Shown here piece by piece: positions 9,788 to 18,149 of a stretch of DNA of 59,451 nucleotides. The DNA lies in the IMG/VR virus record IMGVR_UViG_3300031281_000002, positions 1-59,451 of that record; one strand, given 5' to 3'. Below the pieces are notes generated by a model. That model was not told the origin of the DNA. It saw only the letters and a list, made by a program, of their open reading frames with translations, and ran no database searches. Both the position numbers and the translations under genes were made by a program. How positions within the stretch are numbered: position 1 is the stretch's first letter; every line of letters starts with the position of its first letter. The stretch is from a virus. Taxonomy: Duplodnaviria; Caudoviricetes.

Positions 9788-10513
9788 ATGGAGGAAAATA
9801 AAATGGAAAATTTATTTGTTGCTATGTTTATAATGTCTTTAGTAATGTTCTGCATTTCAACTGCTTTTGGTATATATATTATATCAATTGTAAAGCTCTT
9901 AAGGAACGACATCGAGAATCCTGGGTATCAAAATAAAGAAATGAAAGATATTGATAAAGGAATCGTTAAAGATTTCCTTATGAAAACAGCTGTTGAAAAG
10001 TCTAAGGCTAATTATGAATTTACAACAACTTCAGAAGAAGAAATAAAAGTTGATAATGAAAAAAGTATAAGAGAAGCATTAGAAGAAATTGAACCTATAT
10101 CATTTATACATGATGATATAGAACATGAATTTACAATTGAAAGAGAATTAGAATTTGAAAACCTACCTTTTATCGAAGAAAATGAAATAACAACAGATCA
10201 ATTTATAGAAGACACAGAAATAATCTTTCAAAATACTATCCCACGAATTATAAATACTGAAGAATTTTGGACATTAACTGATGAAGAAAGACTCGAATAT
10301 GGAGAAGAATTAATTAGAGCAAAATATAAAAATGTTGAAAATGTTCCTGAAAAATCAAAAGATGCATTAATTCGACTTCGTGAAAGATGTGTAAATAAAA
10401 ATGAATTCATGGGAAGAAATGAACAGGTTAATATTACAAAGGATTCAAACACAGGTAAGTTTAAATTTAATTTTGAACCTGGCATCGAAGGAATATACAT
10501 GAATAGTCAATGA
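9788..10513 (+). CDS. Membrane-anchored acidic hypothetical protein
   Basis: N-terminal hydrophobic helix; likely start is MENLF after GGAGG. Confidence 0.55.
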   Translation: MEENKMENLFVAMFIMSLVMFCISTAFGIYIISIVKLLRNDIENPGYQNKEMKDIDKGIVKDFLMKTAVEKSKANYEFTTTSEEEIKVDNEKSIREALEEIEPISFIHDDIEHEFTIERELEFENLPFIEENEITTDQFIEDTEIIFQNTIPRIINTEEFWTLTDEERLEYGEELIRAKYKNVENVPEKSKDALIRLRERCVNKNEFMGRNEQVNITKDSNTGKFKFNFEPGIEGIYMNSQ

Positions 10514-10944
10514 AATGGAGGTCAGCAGTACATATTATGAAAAAGCTTAATAATCTATTAGAAAATGAAATAGTAATTGTTTTAATTGTATTCGTCGTTG
10601 CTCTTGTTGCCTTTGTAGTATATATAAATGGCAAAGATGAACACTCATTTATACAAATGCAAAATCAGCAATATATAAAACAGCTTAAGATAGATAATAT
10701 TTCAGAAGAAAAAATAAATGAAGGGCATATAAAAATAAATTGTTATATTAAAAATTCACTTGATAAAGATATCAGTTATATAGCTGTAGTCTTATATTTA
10801 AAAGACGAAGAAGGCAATATCATCTATGATGATATGTGTAATGAGTTATATTTAAAAAAAGACCAGTCATGTAAATTTGAGTTTAATATATTCTCATGTA
10901 AATATGCAAGCTATATGCTTGTTATAGACGAGGTGAATGTGTAA
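10510..10944 (+). CDS. Membrane-anchored protein, FxLYD-like domain
   Basis: TM helix, then IKNSLDKDISYIAVVLYLKDEEGNII. Confidence 0.5.
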   Translation: MKWRSAVHIMKKLNNLLENEIVIVLIVFVVALVAFVVYINGKDEHSFIQMQNQQYIKQLKIDNISEEKINEGHIKINCYIKNSLDKDISYIAVVLYLKDEEGNIIYDDMCNELYLKKDQSCKFEFNIFSCKYASYMLVIDEVNV

Positions 10945-11094
10945 ATGGAATTTTTAAATGGTGTCTGGATGAATATATACAATCCTCATGATTTTTTCCA
11001 AACAATAATATTAATGTTAATAATTTTGGTATCATATTTGATTATGGTACCAAGCAATAAAAAAATAAAAAATATGGAAAAGGAAGGTTTATAA
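10945..11094 (+). CDS. Small membrane protein (49 aa)
   Basis: Own translation MEFLNGVWMNIYNPHDFFQTIILMLIILVSYLIMV...; GAGGTG RBS. Confidence 0.45.
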   Translation: MEFLNGVWMNIYNPHDFFQTIILMLIILVSYLIMVPSNKKIKNMEKEGL

Positions 11095-11095
11095 A

Positions 11096-11224
11096 GTCAA
11101 CTACTCACCACCTACGCTAATGCTTAGAGGTGGGAGCTTGTAACTCATTTACACGAAGTACTAACGACATAAGTCTCCTTCCTCAAACAATGGTTACATT
11201 AGGCTAGTTGACCATAGCCCAAGC
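11096..11224 (+). mobile_element. IS200/IS605 (IscB-type) end / truncated omegaRNA-like scaffold
   Basis: GTCAACTACTCACCACCT...AGAGGTGGGAGCTTG hairpin; GTCAACTA (11096) is complementary to TAGTTGAC (11205), followed by CATAGCCCAAG. Confidence 0.6.
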
Positions 11225-11232
11225 TAAAGAGT

Positions 11233-11841
11233 TTATAAACTTTTAAAGTCTTTTATTGTTTGTGGGTTTGGACATATTGAAAAAAGAATATTTTTTAATT
11301 CATCTAAATTTTTATGATTTAAATTTGAATTTATATATTTTTGTACAAAAGAAGATGTGCCCCTCTTTCTTTTAGTATAAAAACATCCTATTCTTTCTTT
11401 GTAAAAATCTAATTCGAATTTATTTGTTTTTGTTGATTGCCAATATAAATATTCTTTATTCCATAAATACTCAGAAGATTCTATGCTATCGTTTAATTTA
11501 GTTGTGTGTTCATATATGTGGCATTTATCACATAAAGTAATGCCATTTGATAATATATTTTTACCACCTTGGTATACTGGAATTTTATGATGAGCTTTAT
11601 TTTTTTTAGAATAATGATTGCATTTTTTACAAATATAATTATCTCTATTTTTCACAGCAATACCCCAGGATAATCTATTTGAAAATTCATGCTCATTGTT
11701 TATATTGCTTGATAAATACTTAAATAATATATCTCTAGTTATTTCAGAAACTGTAGTATTATTTAAATTAGATATATTTTTTAGTTTTTCGATTGTTTCA
11801 TATGGTATCCTAGTTGTTAAACTAAATTCTCTAGTTTTCAT
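11233..11841 (-). CDS. RHH-HNH endonuclease fusion
   Basis: N-terminal RHH-like segment; RDNYICKKC...HHKIP...GGKN...NGITLCDKCH HNH/zinc motif. Confidence 0.8.
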   Translation of the reverse strand: MKTREFSLTTRIPYETIEKLKNISNLNNTTVSEITRDILFKYLSSNINNEHEFSNRLSWGIAVKNRDNYICKKCNHYSKKNKAHHKIPVYQGGKNILSNGITLCDKCHIYEHTTKLNDSIESSEYLWNKEYLYWQSTKTNKFELDFYKERIGCFYTKRKRGTSSFVQKYINSNLNHKNLDELKNILFSICPNPQTIKDFKSL

Positions 11842-11875
11842 TATACACTCCTGTATTACGTTTTATTGTAATACA

Positions 11876-11904
11876 ATTATATGTTATAATTAGTGAAAAG
11901 TCAA
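11876..11904 (-). promoter_or_regulatory. Sigma-A promoter for the HNH gene
   Basis: Minus strand TTGACT-17 bp-TATAAT, followed by palindromic TTGTATTACAA. Confidence 0.65.
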
Positions 11905-11947
11905 GTAAAATAATTAGAAAGGAGTAGCAAGGAGTGGCGTTGTAGTC

Positions 11948-11971
11948 GCAATTCCTCTCACCACCTAAGAG
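11948..11971 (+). mobile_element. Opposite IS200/IS605 end, truncated
   Basis: GCAATTCCTCTCACCACCTAAGAG shares CTCACCACCTA with the ends at 11104 and 16962. Confidence 0.5.
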
Positions 11972-12130
11972 CTAATGAAATTATTGAAAAAGCTTTATAT
12001 GATGGAATGGAAGAAGGAATGAATTACAAAGACATATTCAAGCTTGCTAAAAAAAAGAGTAACTACGTTTTCTGAGTTAAAAGGAAAAAGTATAATTCCA
12101 GAATTATTACAAATAGGAGGTTTAAAATGA
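11971..12130 (+). pseudogene. C-terminal fragment of a Rha/antirepressor-like gene
   Basis: ANEIIEKALYDGMEEGMNYKDIFKLAKK, frameshift in an A8 run, then RVTTFSELKGKSIIPELL; resembles the C-termini of ORFs 12415 and 44088. Confidence 0.55.
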
Positions 12131-12300
12131 AATTCGCTAGAAAAATAAAAAGAAATCAAATTAGAAAAGAAGTAGGAAACAAAAATTTAAGAAAAAAATG
12201 GAGAGATGAAAGAATAAAATTAATAGGTCCTATTAATTTTATGATTGAATATAACAGAACTACTAAAAGCCATCTTTGCATTGATGAAATATATCTATGA
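12127..12300 (+). CDS. Hypothetical basic protein (57 aa)
   Basis: Own translation MKFARKIKRNQIRK...; AGGAGG RBS. Confidence 0.55.
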   Translation: MKFARKIKRNQIRKEVGNKNLRKKWRDERIKLIGPINFMIEYNRTTKSHLCIDEIYL

Positions 12301-12414
12301 GATTAACAGAGAAAAAAAGATAATAAAAAATTTGGGATTAAGTAAGGGATTGTCCATAAGTTATTTACTAAATAAGTTATTATTGTTATAATTATAACCA
12401 TTAAATTAAAAGAG

Positions 12415-13176
12415 GTGTTTTTAATGAAAATGATTGAATTAGTAAATAATACTCCATTAACAAGTACAAAAGTAATTGAATTTTACACAGAAGTTAAACA
12501 TCAAAATATTTTACAGTTATTTAGAAGACACGAAGAAAGTATTAAAAAGTTTGGGGTTATCATGTTTGAAAAATGGAAACCAAAAAAAGGAAGCAGAGGA
12601 GGAAGACCTGAAACTTTTTATTATCTTAATGAAGAACAGTTTACTTTTTTTATAATGTTAATGGCTAATAGTGAAAAAGTTGTTAATTTAAAAATTGAAT
12701 TAAATAAACAATTTCACCAATTGAGAAAAGCATTATTGCAATCTGAGCTTAATAAACAAAATGAAGAATGGTTAGAATCAAGAAAAAATGGTAAACAAGC
12801 TAGAAAAGAATTAGTTGATGCAATTGAAAAATTAAGAAAAATTCACATAACTAACAAACCAGATTCTAATTATGCTAAAAATCCTAGAACAATGTATAGC
12901 AACTTTACAAGAATAATAGATAAATCATTATTTGATATTAAAGTTTCTTCTAAAAATAAAAGAGATCTAATGACCACAAAACAATTAAATAATTTAGGCG
13001 TTGCAGAAATTGCAATAGCTAAAATCATTTATAAAGCTATAGATAATAATAAAGATGCAAAAGAAACATATAAATTAATTCAGAATGAAATTGAACCTTA
13101 TGTAAAATTTTTAGGTGGTAAAACTCCTATAATAGATGTTTTACTTGGTACACAAATATCAATATTAGATAGCTAG
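12415..13176 (+). CDS. Rha family phage regulatory protein
   Basis: TSTKVI...HQNILQL...GGRPETFYYLNEEQFTFFIMLMANSEKVV. Confidence 0.8.
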   Translation: MFLMKMIELVNNTPLTSTKVIEFYTEVKHQNILQLFRRHEESIKKFGVIMFEKWKPKKGSRGGRPETFYYLNEEQFTFFIMLMANSEKVVNLKIELNKQFHQLRKALLQSELNKQNEEWLESRKNGKQARKELVDAIEKLRKIHITNKPDSNYAKNPRTMYSNFTRIIDKSLFDIKVSSKNKRDLMTTKQLNNLGVAEIAIAKIIYKAIDNNKDAKETYKLIQNEIEPYVKFLGGKTPIIDVLLGTQISILDS

Positions 13177-13192
13177 AAGGAAGTTAAATAAT

Positions 13193-13576
13193 ATGAGATT
13201 GACAGAGGAACAATATAAAGAATTTTTGGAGAGGAACAACAAAACCTCTCCAAAAATAAAACCAAAAAAATCAAAGTACAACAACAAAAAAATAACAATT
13301 GATGGGCATGTATTCGATTCAATCAAAGAATCAGAATACTATAGTGAGCTAAAATTGAGACTAAAAGCAAAAGATATTTTTGGCTTCTGCATCCAACCAA
13401 TTTTTATACTCACAGATAGTATATCATACAGACCAGATTTTATTGTTTGGAACATTGACACAAGTGTTGATATTATTGACATTAAACCATCTAAAGGATT
13501 TAAGACAGATGTATATAAAATGAAAAAGAAATTATTTGAAGAAAAATTTAATTTAACAATAAAAGAAATTTATTGA
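13193..13576 (+). CDS. DUF1064-like PD-(D/E)XK nuclease (possible resolvase)
   Basis: SKYNNKK..IDGHVFDSIKE..YY...YRPDF...DIK...TDVYKMKKKLF. Confidence 0.8.
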   Translation: MRLTEEQYKEFLERNNKTSPKIKPKKSKYNNKKITIDGHVFDSIKESEYYSELKLRLKAKDIFGFCIQPIFILTDSISYRPDFIVWNIDTSVDIIDIKPSKGFKTDVYKMKKKLFEEKFNLTIKEIY

Positions 13577-13577
13577 G

Positions 13578-13937
13578 GTGTTTATGAATAATTTTGAAAG
13601 AGTTTCAAATGAAGAATTTAAGAAAATTAAAATTAATTATTCTAATAGTGGATGGTTAGGTGAAATTGATAGAGCATATAGAAATGATAAATATGCTGTT
13701 CTTATAAGAAATGTCAAAAATGAATATGGCTTATGCAAACATGCAGCTATAAGAAATTTAGAATCTACAGAAATTACATGGAAAGAAAAGCAAGAAATAA
13801 AAGATAAAATATTTGGTGTAAATTATGTTGCTATTGAGGTATTTCCTAAAAAATCTGACTTGATAGACGAAGCTAATATGTATCATCTATGGATTTTACC
13901 ACTGCAATATAAATTCCCATTCAATTTAAATGATTAA
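13578..13937 (+). CDS. Conserved phage hypothetical protein
   Basis: ITWKEKQEIKD...AIEVFP...LIDEANMYHLW motif. Confidence 0.65.
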   Translation: MFMNNFERVSNEEFKKIKINYSNSGWLGEIDRAYRNDKYAVLIRNVKNEYGLCKHAAIRNLESTEITWKEKQEIKDKIFGVNYVAIEVFPKKSDLIDEANMYHLWILPLQYKFPFNLND

Positions 13938-13956
13938 AATTAAGGAAGTGATGTAA

Positions 13957-14187
13957 TTGCAAAAACGTTCAGGATATATGAGGCCCGTTAAAAAGAATAT
14001 AGTCGGTAAGTTTAGAAGATGGAAAAATTTAAAACAAAAAGACATTGCAAATTATCTTTATATAAGCATAGGCACATATAGACAATTAGAAAGCAATGAT
14101 AGGAAATTAAAACTTAGTGAACAAGCTAAACTAGCTGAGCTTTTCGGGGTAAGCGAAAGTCAATTATATGAGGAGGATGAAAAATGA
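13957..14187 (+). CDS. Cro/CI-type HTH regulator
   Basis: LKQKDIANYLYISIGTYRQLES...KLAELFGV. Confidence 0.75.
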   Translation: MQKRSGYMRPVKKNIVGKFRRWKNLKQKDIANYLYISIGTYRQLESNDRKLKLSEQAKLAELFGVSESQLYEEDEK

Positions 14188-15026
14188 TTGGTTCAGATGG
14201 AATGATAAATGTAAAAGAAATATATGGAACCGAAGTAATTGTTGATATATTGCCTAAGAAATCGAATTATTCAAAATGGATTAAAAAAGATAATGAATAT
14301 TTGACTAATCACAACACAGGAAACAGTTCTAAAGGTGCAAATGCTTTAATGCATGCAAAATATCTTAAAGGTATTACAGAGTCTAAAAGCTGGCATATAA
14401 CAGTTGATGATAAATATATAATTCAACATTTACCTTTGAATGTTAACGGTTGGCATTGCACAGATGGAGTCGGATCACATTCTGGAAATATGAATTCAAT
14501 TGGAATAGAAGGCTGTATGAATAGCGATGGAGATTGGACAAAAACAAGATTAAACATGATAAAAGCTAATGTCTGGTTAATGGATAATTTAAAAAATTTA
14601 ATAGGTGACAACTGGAAGAAAACAATTGTTCCTCATAAGCACTGGTATAACAAAAATTGTCCTTCTGTAATATTAGCTGAACCTGGTGGATTTGATAAAT
14701 TTGTACAGGATTGCATTAATTATAATAATAATTTAAATAGTATAAATAATAATGCAGAATCAGAAGAATATGCAAAAATATTAAAACTAGTATCTCCAGA
14801 TTATTATAATGTCTGGATAAAATTTGTTAAAGATAATCAAAATTATAATTTAAAAGGATTGATTGAGAATTTATTTAATTATGGTAAAAATGAGATATTT
14901 GAGCAAGAGGAACATATATATAAGTTAAAAGCTGAATTAGAAGACATAAAAAATAGACACAGTAATGCTCATCATATTTTAGGTGAGATACAAAAGATGG
15001 CAGCCGATTATTTTACAGAAGAATAA
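14184..15026 (+). CDS. Endolysin, N-acetylmuramoyl-L-alanine amidase (Amidase_2)
   Basis: HNTGN, SWHITVDD, GWHC.DG, GNMNSIGIE, HKHWYNKNCP zinc-amidase motifs. Confidence 0.88.
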   Translation: MIGSDGMINVKEIYGTEVIVDILPKKSNYSKWIKKDNEYLTNHNTGNSSKGANALMHAKYLKGITESKSWHITVDDKYIIQHLPLNVNGWHCTDGVGSHSGNMNSIGIEGCMNSDGDWTKTRLNMIKANVWLMDNLKNLIGDNWKKTIVPHKHWYNKNCPSVILAEPGGFDKFVQDCINYNNNLNSINNNAESEEYAKILKLVSPDYYNVWIKFVKDNQNYNLKGLIENLFNYGKNEIFEQEEHIYKLKAELEDIKNRHSNAHHILGEIQKMAADYFTEE

Positions 15027-15042
15027 AATATATAAAATCAAT

Positions 15043-15074
15043 GGACTTGGTATTTAATTATACCAGTCCTTTTT
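15043..15074 (+). terminator. Rho-independent terminator
   Basis: GGACTTGGTAT...ATACCAGTCC followed by a T-tract. Confidence 0.65.
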
Positions 15075-15076
15075 GT

Positions 15077-15105
15077 TTGACATTGGACGAAAATAGTTGT
15101 ATAAT
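15077..15105 (+). promoter_or_regulatory. Consensus sigma-A promoter, near-identical to 29450-29478
   Basis: TTGACA-ttggacgaaaatagttg-TATAAT. Confidence 0.8.
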
Positions 15106-15131
15106 ATAAATAAAATTATAGGAGTGATTAT

Positions 15132-15275
15132 ATGGGTATACCATTTTGCTGTGGCAAGCCTATGCAATATGTAGGAACAATTACAGAGACAGTTAGAACA
15201 CTATTTGGAGGAACAAAAAAAGTCACAAAGAAACAATACTGGTGCAGAAAATGTGATTCATATAAAAACGTGTGA
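15132..15275 (+). CDS. Small zinc-ribbon protein (47 aa)
   Basis: Own translation MGIPFCCGKPM...YWCRKCD; GGAGTG RBS. Confidence 0.55.
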   Translation: MGIPFCCGKPMQYVGTITETVRTLFGGTKKVTKKQYWCRKCDSYKNV

Positions 15276-15284
15276 GGTGAAACA

Positions 15285-15578
15285 ATGATTGAATTTTTAA
15301 AAATTTTCTACATAGCATTAGGAATACTGTTTAACATAATAATGCTTATTGTACTTGTATATGCAAGTATATACATACACAGAGCAAATAAAGAGAGAAA
15401 CAAAAATTTTCATGTTATGAAAACAAGAAAAAATTATTATGAGTTCATTAGCGATAGACTATTAGATAAATGTTCAAGATGCAAGCATAACAACGAAGGA
15501 TTTAATACTAAAAATTGTCACTATTGTATAAATATCGAAGGCGAAAAGCCTATATATAAAAATTTTGAGGAAGTTTAA
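15285..15578 (+). CDS. Membrane-anchored Cys-motif hypothetical protein
   Basis: TM helix plus CxxC pairs. Confidence 0.5.
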   Translation: MIEFLKIFYIALGILFNIIMLIVLVYASIYIHRANKERNKNFHVMKTRKNYYEFISDRLLDKCSRCKHNNEGFNTKNCHYCINIEGEKPIYKNFEEV

Positions 15579-15807
15579 TAATAGCTTCCTCTCTGGAGGT
15601 GAAATGATGAATATAGATATAATAAGTTTAATAATAGGATTAATTCTTGGCATAATTATTACAATTATCGGAAGCAAAATATTAACTAAATATATAAGAA
15701 ATAAATTATTAACAGCATTGGGCAAAGATGCTCTTAGCAAACCAGGGCTGATGGATGAAATATTTAAAGACTTTAGAGATATTTACAATGAATCAAAAAA
15801 TCTATAG
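15565..15807 (+). CDS. Small membrane protein (start probably ~15604)
   Basis: Hydrophobic N-terminus after GGAGGTG. Confidence 0.5.
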   Translation: MRKFNNSFLSGGEMMNIDIISLIIGLILGIIITIIGSKILTKYIRNKLLTALGKDALSKPGLMDEIFKDFRDIYNESKNL

Positions 15808-15822
15808 GGAAGAAGGGATATT

Positions 15823-16119
15823 GTGAAACATGCAGATAAAAGATTAATAAAAATAATAGGCAATACTGATGCAAGAAAATTGTCAATCAAAGCCAGAGAT
15901 TTTGGTTTTGATGTTAGTGCATTTACAGGAAGTTTGAGAAGGTATTTAGACCATATCAGAATCAAAAGTCAACATAAATATATAAGAGTGTATAAACACA
16001 AACTTTTTATATTTATGAATGTTGGAGACTACTTTGTCACTGTAATGAACATACCTCAAAAATATATGAGAAGTTTAATTAATCAGGTTAATAGGATTGG
16101 AGGCTATCATGATGTTTAA
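15823..16119 (+). CDS. Hypothetical protein
   Basis: ORF within the operon; KHADKR...VTV pattern. Confidence 0.5.
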   Translation: MKHADKRLIKIIGNTDARKLSIKARDFGFDVSAFTGSLRRYLDHIRIKSQHKYIRVYKHKLFIFMNVGDYFVTVMNIPQKYMRSLINQVNRIGGYHDV

Positions 16120-16286
16120 GAAGTTATTGTCATTTTTATTTGCTGAAAGATGTCCTCAATGTAAATCAAAGAAAGTAGTAAAAACAAGCATAAGGCAAAA
16201 TTTTATAAAAGGACAAGACCAATACAACTACTATTGTTGTAAATGCGGTTTTAACTTTTGTAAGTATAGATAGGAGTGTAAAAAGA

Positions 16287-16514
16287 ATGGATGAATTGTT
16301 AATTAAAGTTTTGATTGCGGTTATGATTATTTGTCTCATAGGATTCGTCATAATTATAGTAATTAGCATAGATTTAGATAAAGATATGTATTGTGTTGAA
16401 TGTGATTGTAAAATGGAAGAGGATGGACATATTCAAATTGTTGGTAAAGGTAGTAATTATGTATTAGATGGGTATACATGTCCTAAATGCGGTAAAAAAG
16501 TAGAGTATAGATAG
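16287..16514 (+). CDS. TM plus zinc-ribbon protein
   Basis: Hydrophobic helix; CVEC...CPKC. Confidence 0.55.
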   Translation: MDELLIKVLIAVMIICLIGFVIIIVISIDLDKDMYCVECDCKMEEDGHIQIVGKGSNYVLDGYTCPKCGKKVEYR

Positions 16515-16524
16515 TGAGGTAAAA

Positions 16525-16752
16525 ATGAAAACAATAAAATTTAATTTAATTGAGCTTGTTGCAAAAATAGAAAATGAAAAAGAAATAAATTTATCAATCA
16601 GAAAGATATCTTTAAAAACAGGAATAAGATATAACACCCTTTGGAATTATTTTTATGGAAGTTTCAAACATATTTCTGTTGAAAATCTGGTTGCACTATT
16701 GCAGTATTTTGATTGTGATTTATGTGATTTGATTAAATATGAGGAGGAATAA
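16525..16752 (+). CDS. Cro/C1-type HTH protein
   Basis: LSIRKISLKTGIRYNTLWNY...LLQYFDCDLCDLI. Confidence 0.75.
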   Translation: MKTIKFNLIELVAKIENEKEINLSIRKISLKTGIRYNTLWNYFYGSFKHISVENLVALLQYFDCDLCDLIKYEEE

Positions 16753-16957
16753 AGAGGTGGATTTAAAAGATATATTAACCTTGATAGATGATATTGAAGA
16801 AATATCAATATTTAAAAGTTATAGATATAATATCGATTGCTCTATACAAAAAACTAAAGATGAATTTATCAAAAGTAAATTATATGAAAAATATAAAGAT
16901 TGCAAAGTAAAAGGAATATATCCAGAAGAAAATATACAATGTATTATAATTTTGTGA
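16739..16957 (+). CDS. Hypothetical protein; its stop codon lies in the IS remnant
   Basis: TGA 16955-16957 is inside GTGAACTAC. Confidence 0.5.
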   Translation: MRRNKEVDLKDILTLIDDIEEISIFKSYRYNIDCSIQKTKDEFIKSKLYEKYKDCKVKGIYPEENIQCIIIL

Positions 16958-17291
16958 ACTACTCACCACCTAAGAGGTAGAACAAGAAGAATCATATACA
17001 AGTAAATCAAGCTTCTTAGACAAAGATAAACTTCCTAAATATAATCCTGAGAGTAAAGAAAAATATAAATTTTCAGGTAGAAGAATATACAGAGGTTTGT
17101 ATAAATCTAAATTAGAAAAAATATTAAATGCGGATGTTAACGGAGCTTGCAACATATTAAGAAAAAGTAAGCAGAATTTCAATTTTGAAAAACTGTGTAG
17201 AGGGCTAGTGGATAGCCCAAAAAGAATAAGGTTAACTTAGATTAGCAAACTTCTTTTGAAGCCCCCACTTCTAAAGTGGTGGGTAGTTCAC
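16954..17291 (+). mobile_element. tnpB: Deleted IS200/IS605 element with a tnpB 3' fragment
   Basis: Encodes EESYTSKSSFLD...SGRRIYRGLY...NADVNGACNILRK (RuvC II/III motifs); right end GAAGCCCCCACTTCTAAAGTGGTGGGTAGTTCAC; left GTGAACTAC. Confidence 0.85.
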
Positions 17292-17313
17292 AATAATAAT
17301 ATTTGCACATTAT

Positions 17314-17595
17314 GTGTTAGATTATCCTTTGCAGGGAGATTTTTTAGCAAGAACAAAGGGTCAATATTGGTATAGTTTATTAGCCCATAGTTGGATTTAT
17401 GGTGCTGGCATGGCTATCTGTTTAAATTACATTGGATGCTTTTCATATTGGAAATTATTTGTTTTAGTTATAAGTCATATCATAATAGATTATAAGAAAG
17501 CTACAGCAAAAAACAAAGATAAAGCGTTGACAACATATTTATACATTGACCAGAGCTTACATATTTTAATTAACTTAATTTTGGCATCTGTGTAA
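17314..17595 (+). CDS. DUF3307-like membrane protein, N-terminus probably cut by the IS
   Basis: AHYVLDYPLQ...LLAHSWIY...SHIIIDY.K...IDQSLH. Confidence 0.7.
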   Translation: MLDYPLQGDFLARTKGQYWYSLLAHSWIYGAGMAICLNYIGCFSYWKLFVLVISHIIIDYKKATAKNKDKALTTYLYIDQSLHILINLILASV

Positions 17596-17681
17596 ACTAA
17601 AAATAATTATTAGTGAAATTATACTAAAGAAAATCAAATGCGAAATAGGTATCAAATTTTGAACGAGAGGATGATTATAAA

Positions 17682-17909
17682 ATGAGATTTACTTTTTATA
17701 TGAAAAGTGGTTTGGTTCATAAAAATTTAAAAGCATTGGAAAATAATGCTGATAAATGTAAAAATTTTGTTGATATAATTAGCAATTTTATGCCTACAGA
17801 AGAAGGCCGTCATAATTGGGTTAGGTTTTTTGATGAAAATAATAACGTGATAACTATATTGATGAATCAAGTAGAATCATGTTTAGAGGAAGCTGAGAAA
17901 GATGTTTAA
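17682..17909 (+). CDS. Hypothetical protein
   Basis: ORF with GAGG RBS, coupled to the next gene. Confidence 0.5.
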   Translation: MRFTFYMKSGLVHKNLKALENNADKCKNFVDIISNFMPTEEGRHNWVRFFDENNNVITILMNQVESCLEEAEKDV

Positions 17910-18135
17910 ATGTTGGATATGCGTTGATACTGGATTTATTGAACATTATCAAAAATTTAAGATACATGGAGAAATTGTTGAATATACTGTAAAATTGCAT
18001 TGTTCATGCGAAAAAGGTTATATGTATGCTGATACCGAGCCTATTGGTAAATATTTTGATATATTCAAGCTGCAGGAAGAAAATAAAAAGAAATTTGGAT
18101 ATTTAACTGAACAAAATAATGATTTTGGAGAATAA
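17902..18135 (+). CDS. Zinc-finger protein, similar to the ORF at 25246
   Basis: CWICVDTG...HCSCEKG. Confidence 0.55.
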   Translation: MFKCWICVDTGFIEHYQKFKIHGEIVEYTVKLHCSCEKGYMYADTEPIGKYFDIFKLQEENKKKFGYLTEQNNDFGE

Positions 18136-18149
18136 GAAAGGATTATTTT

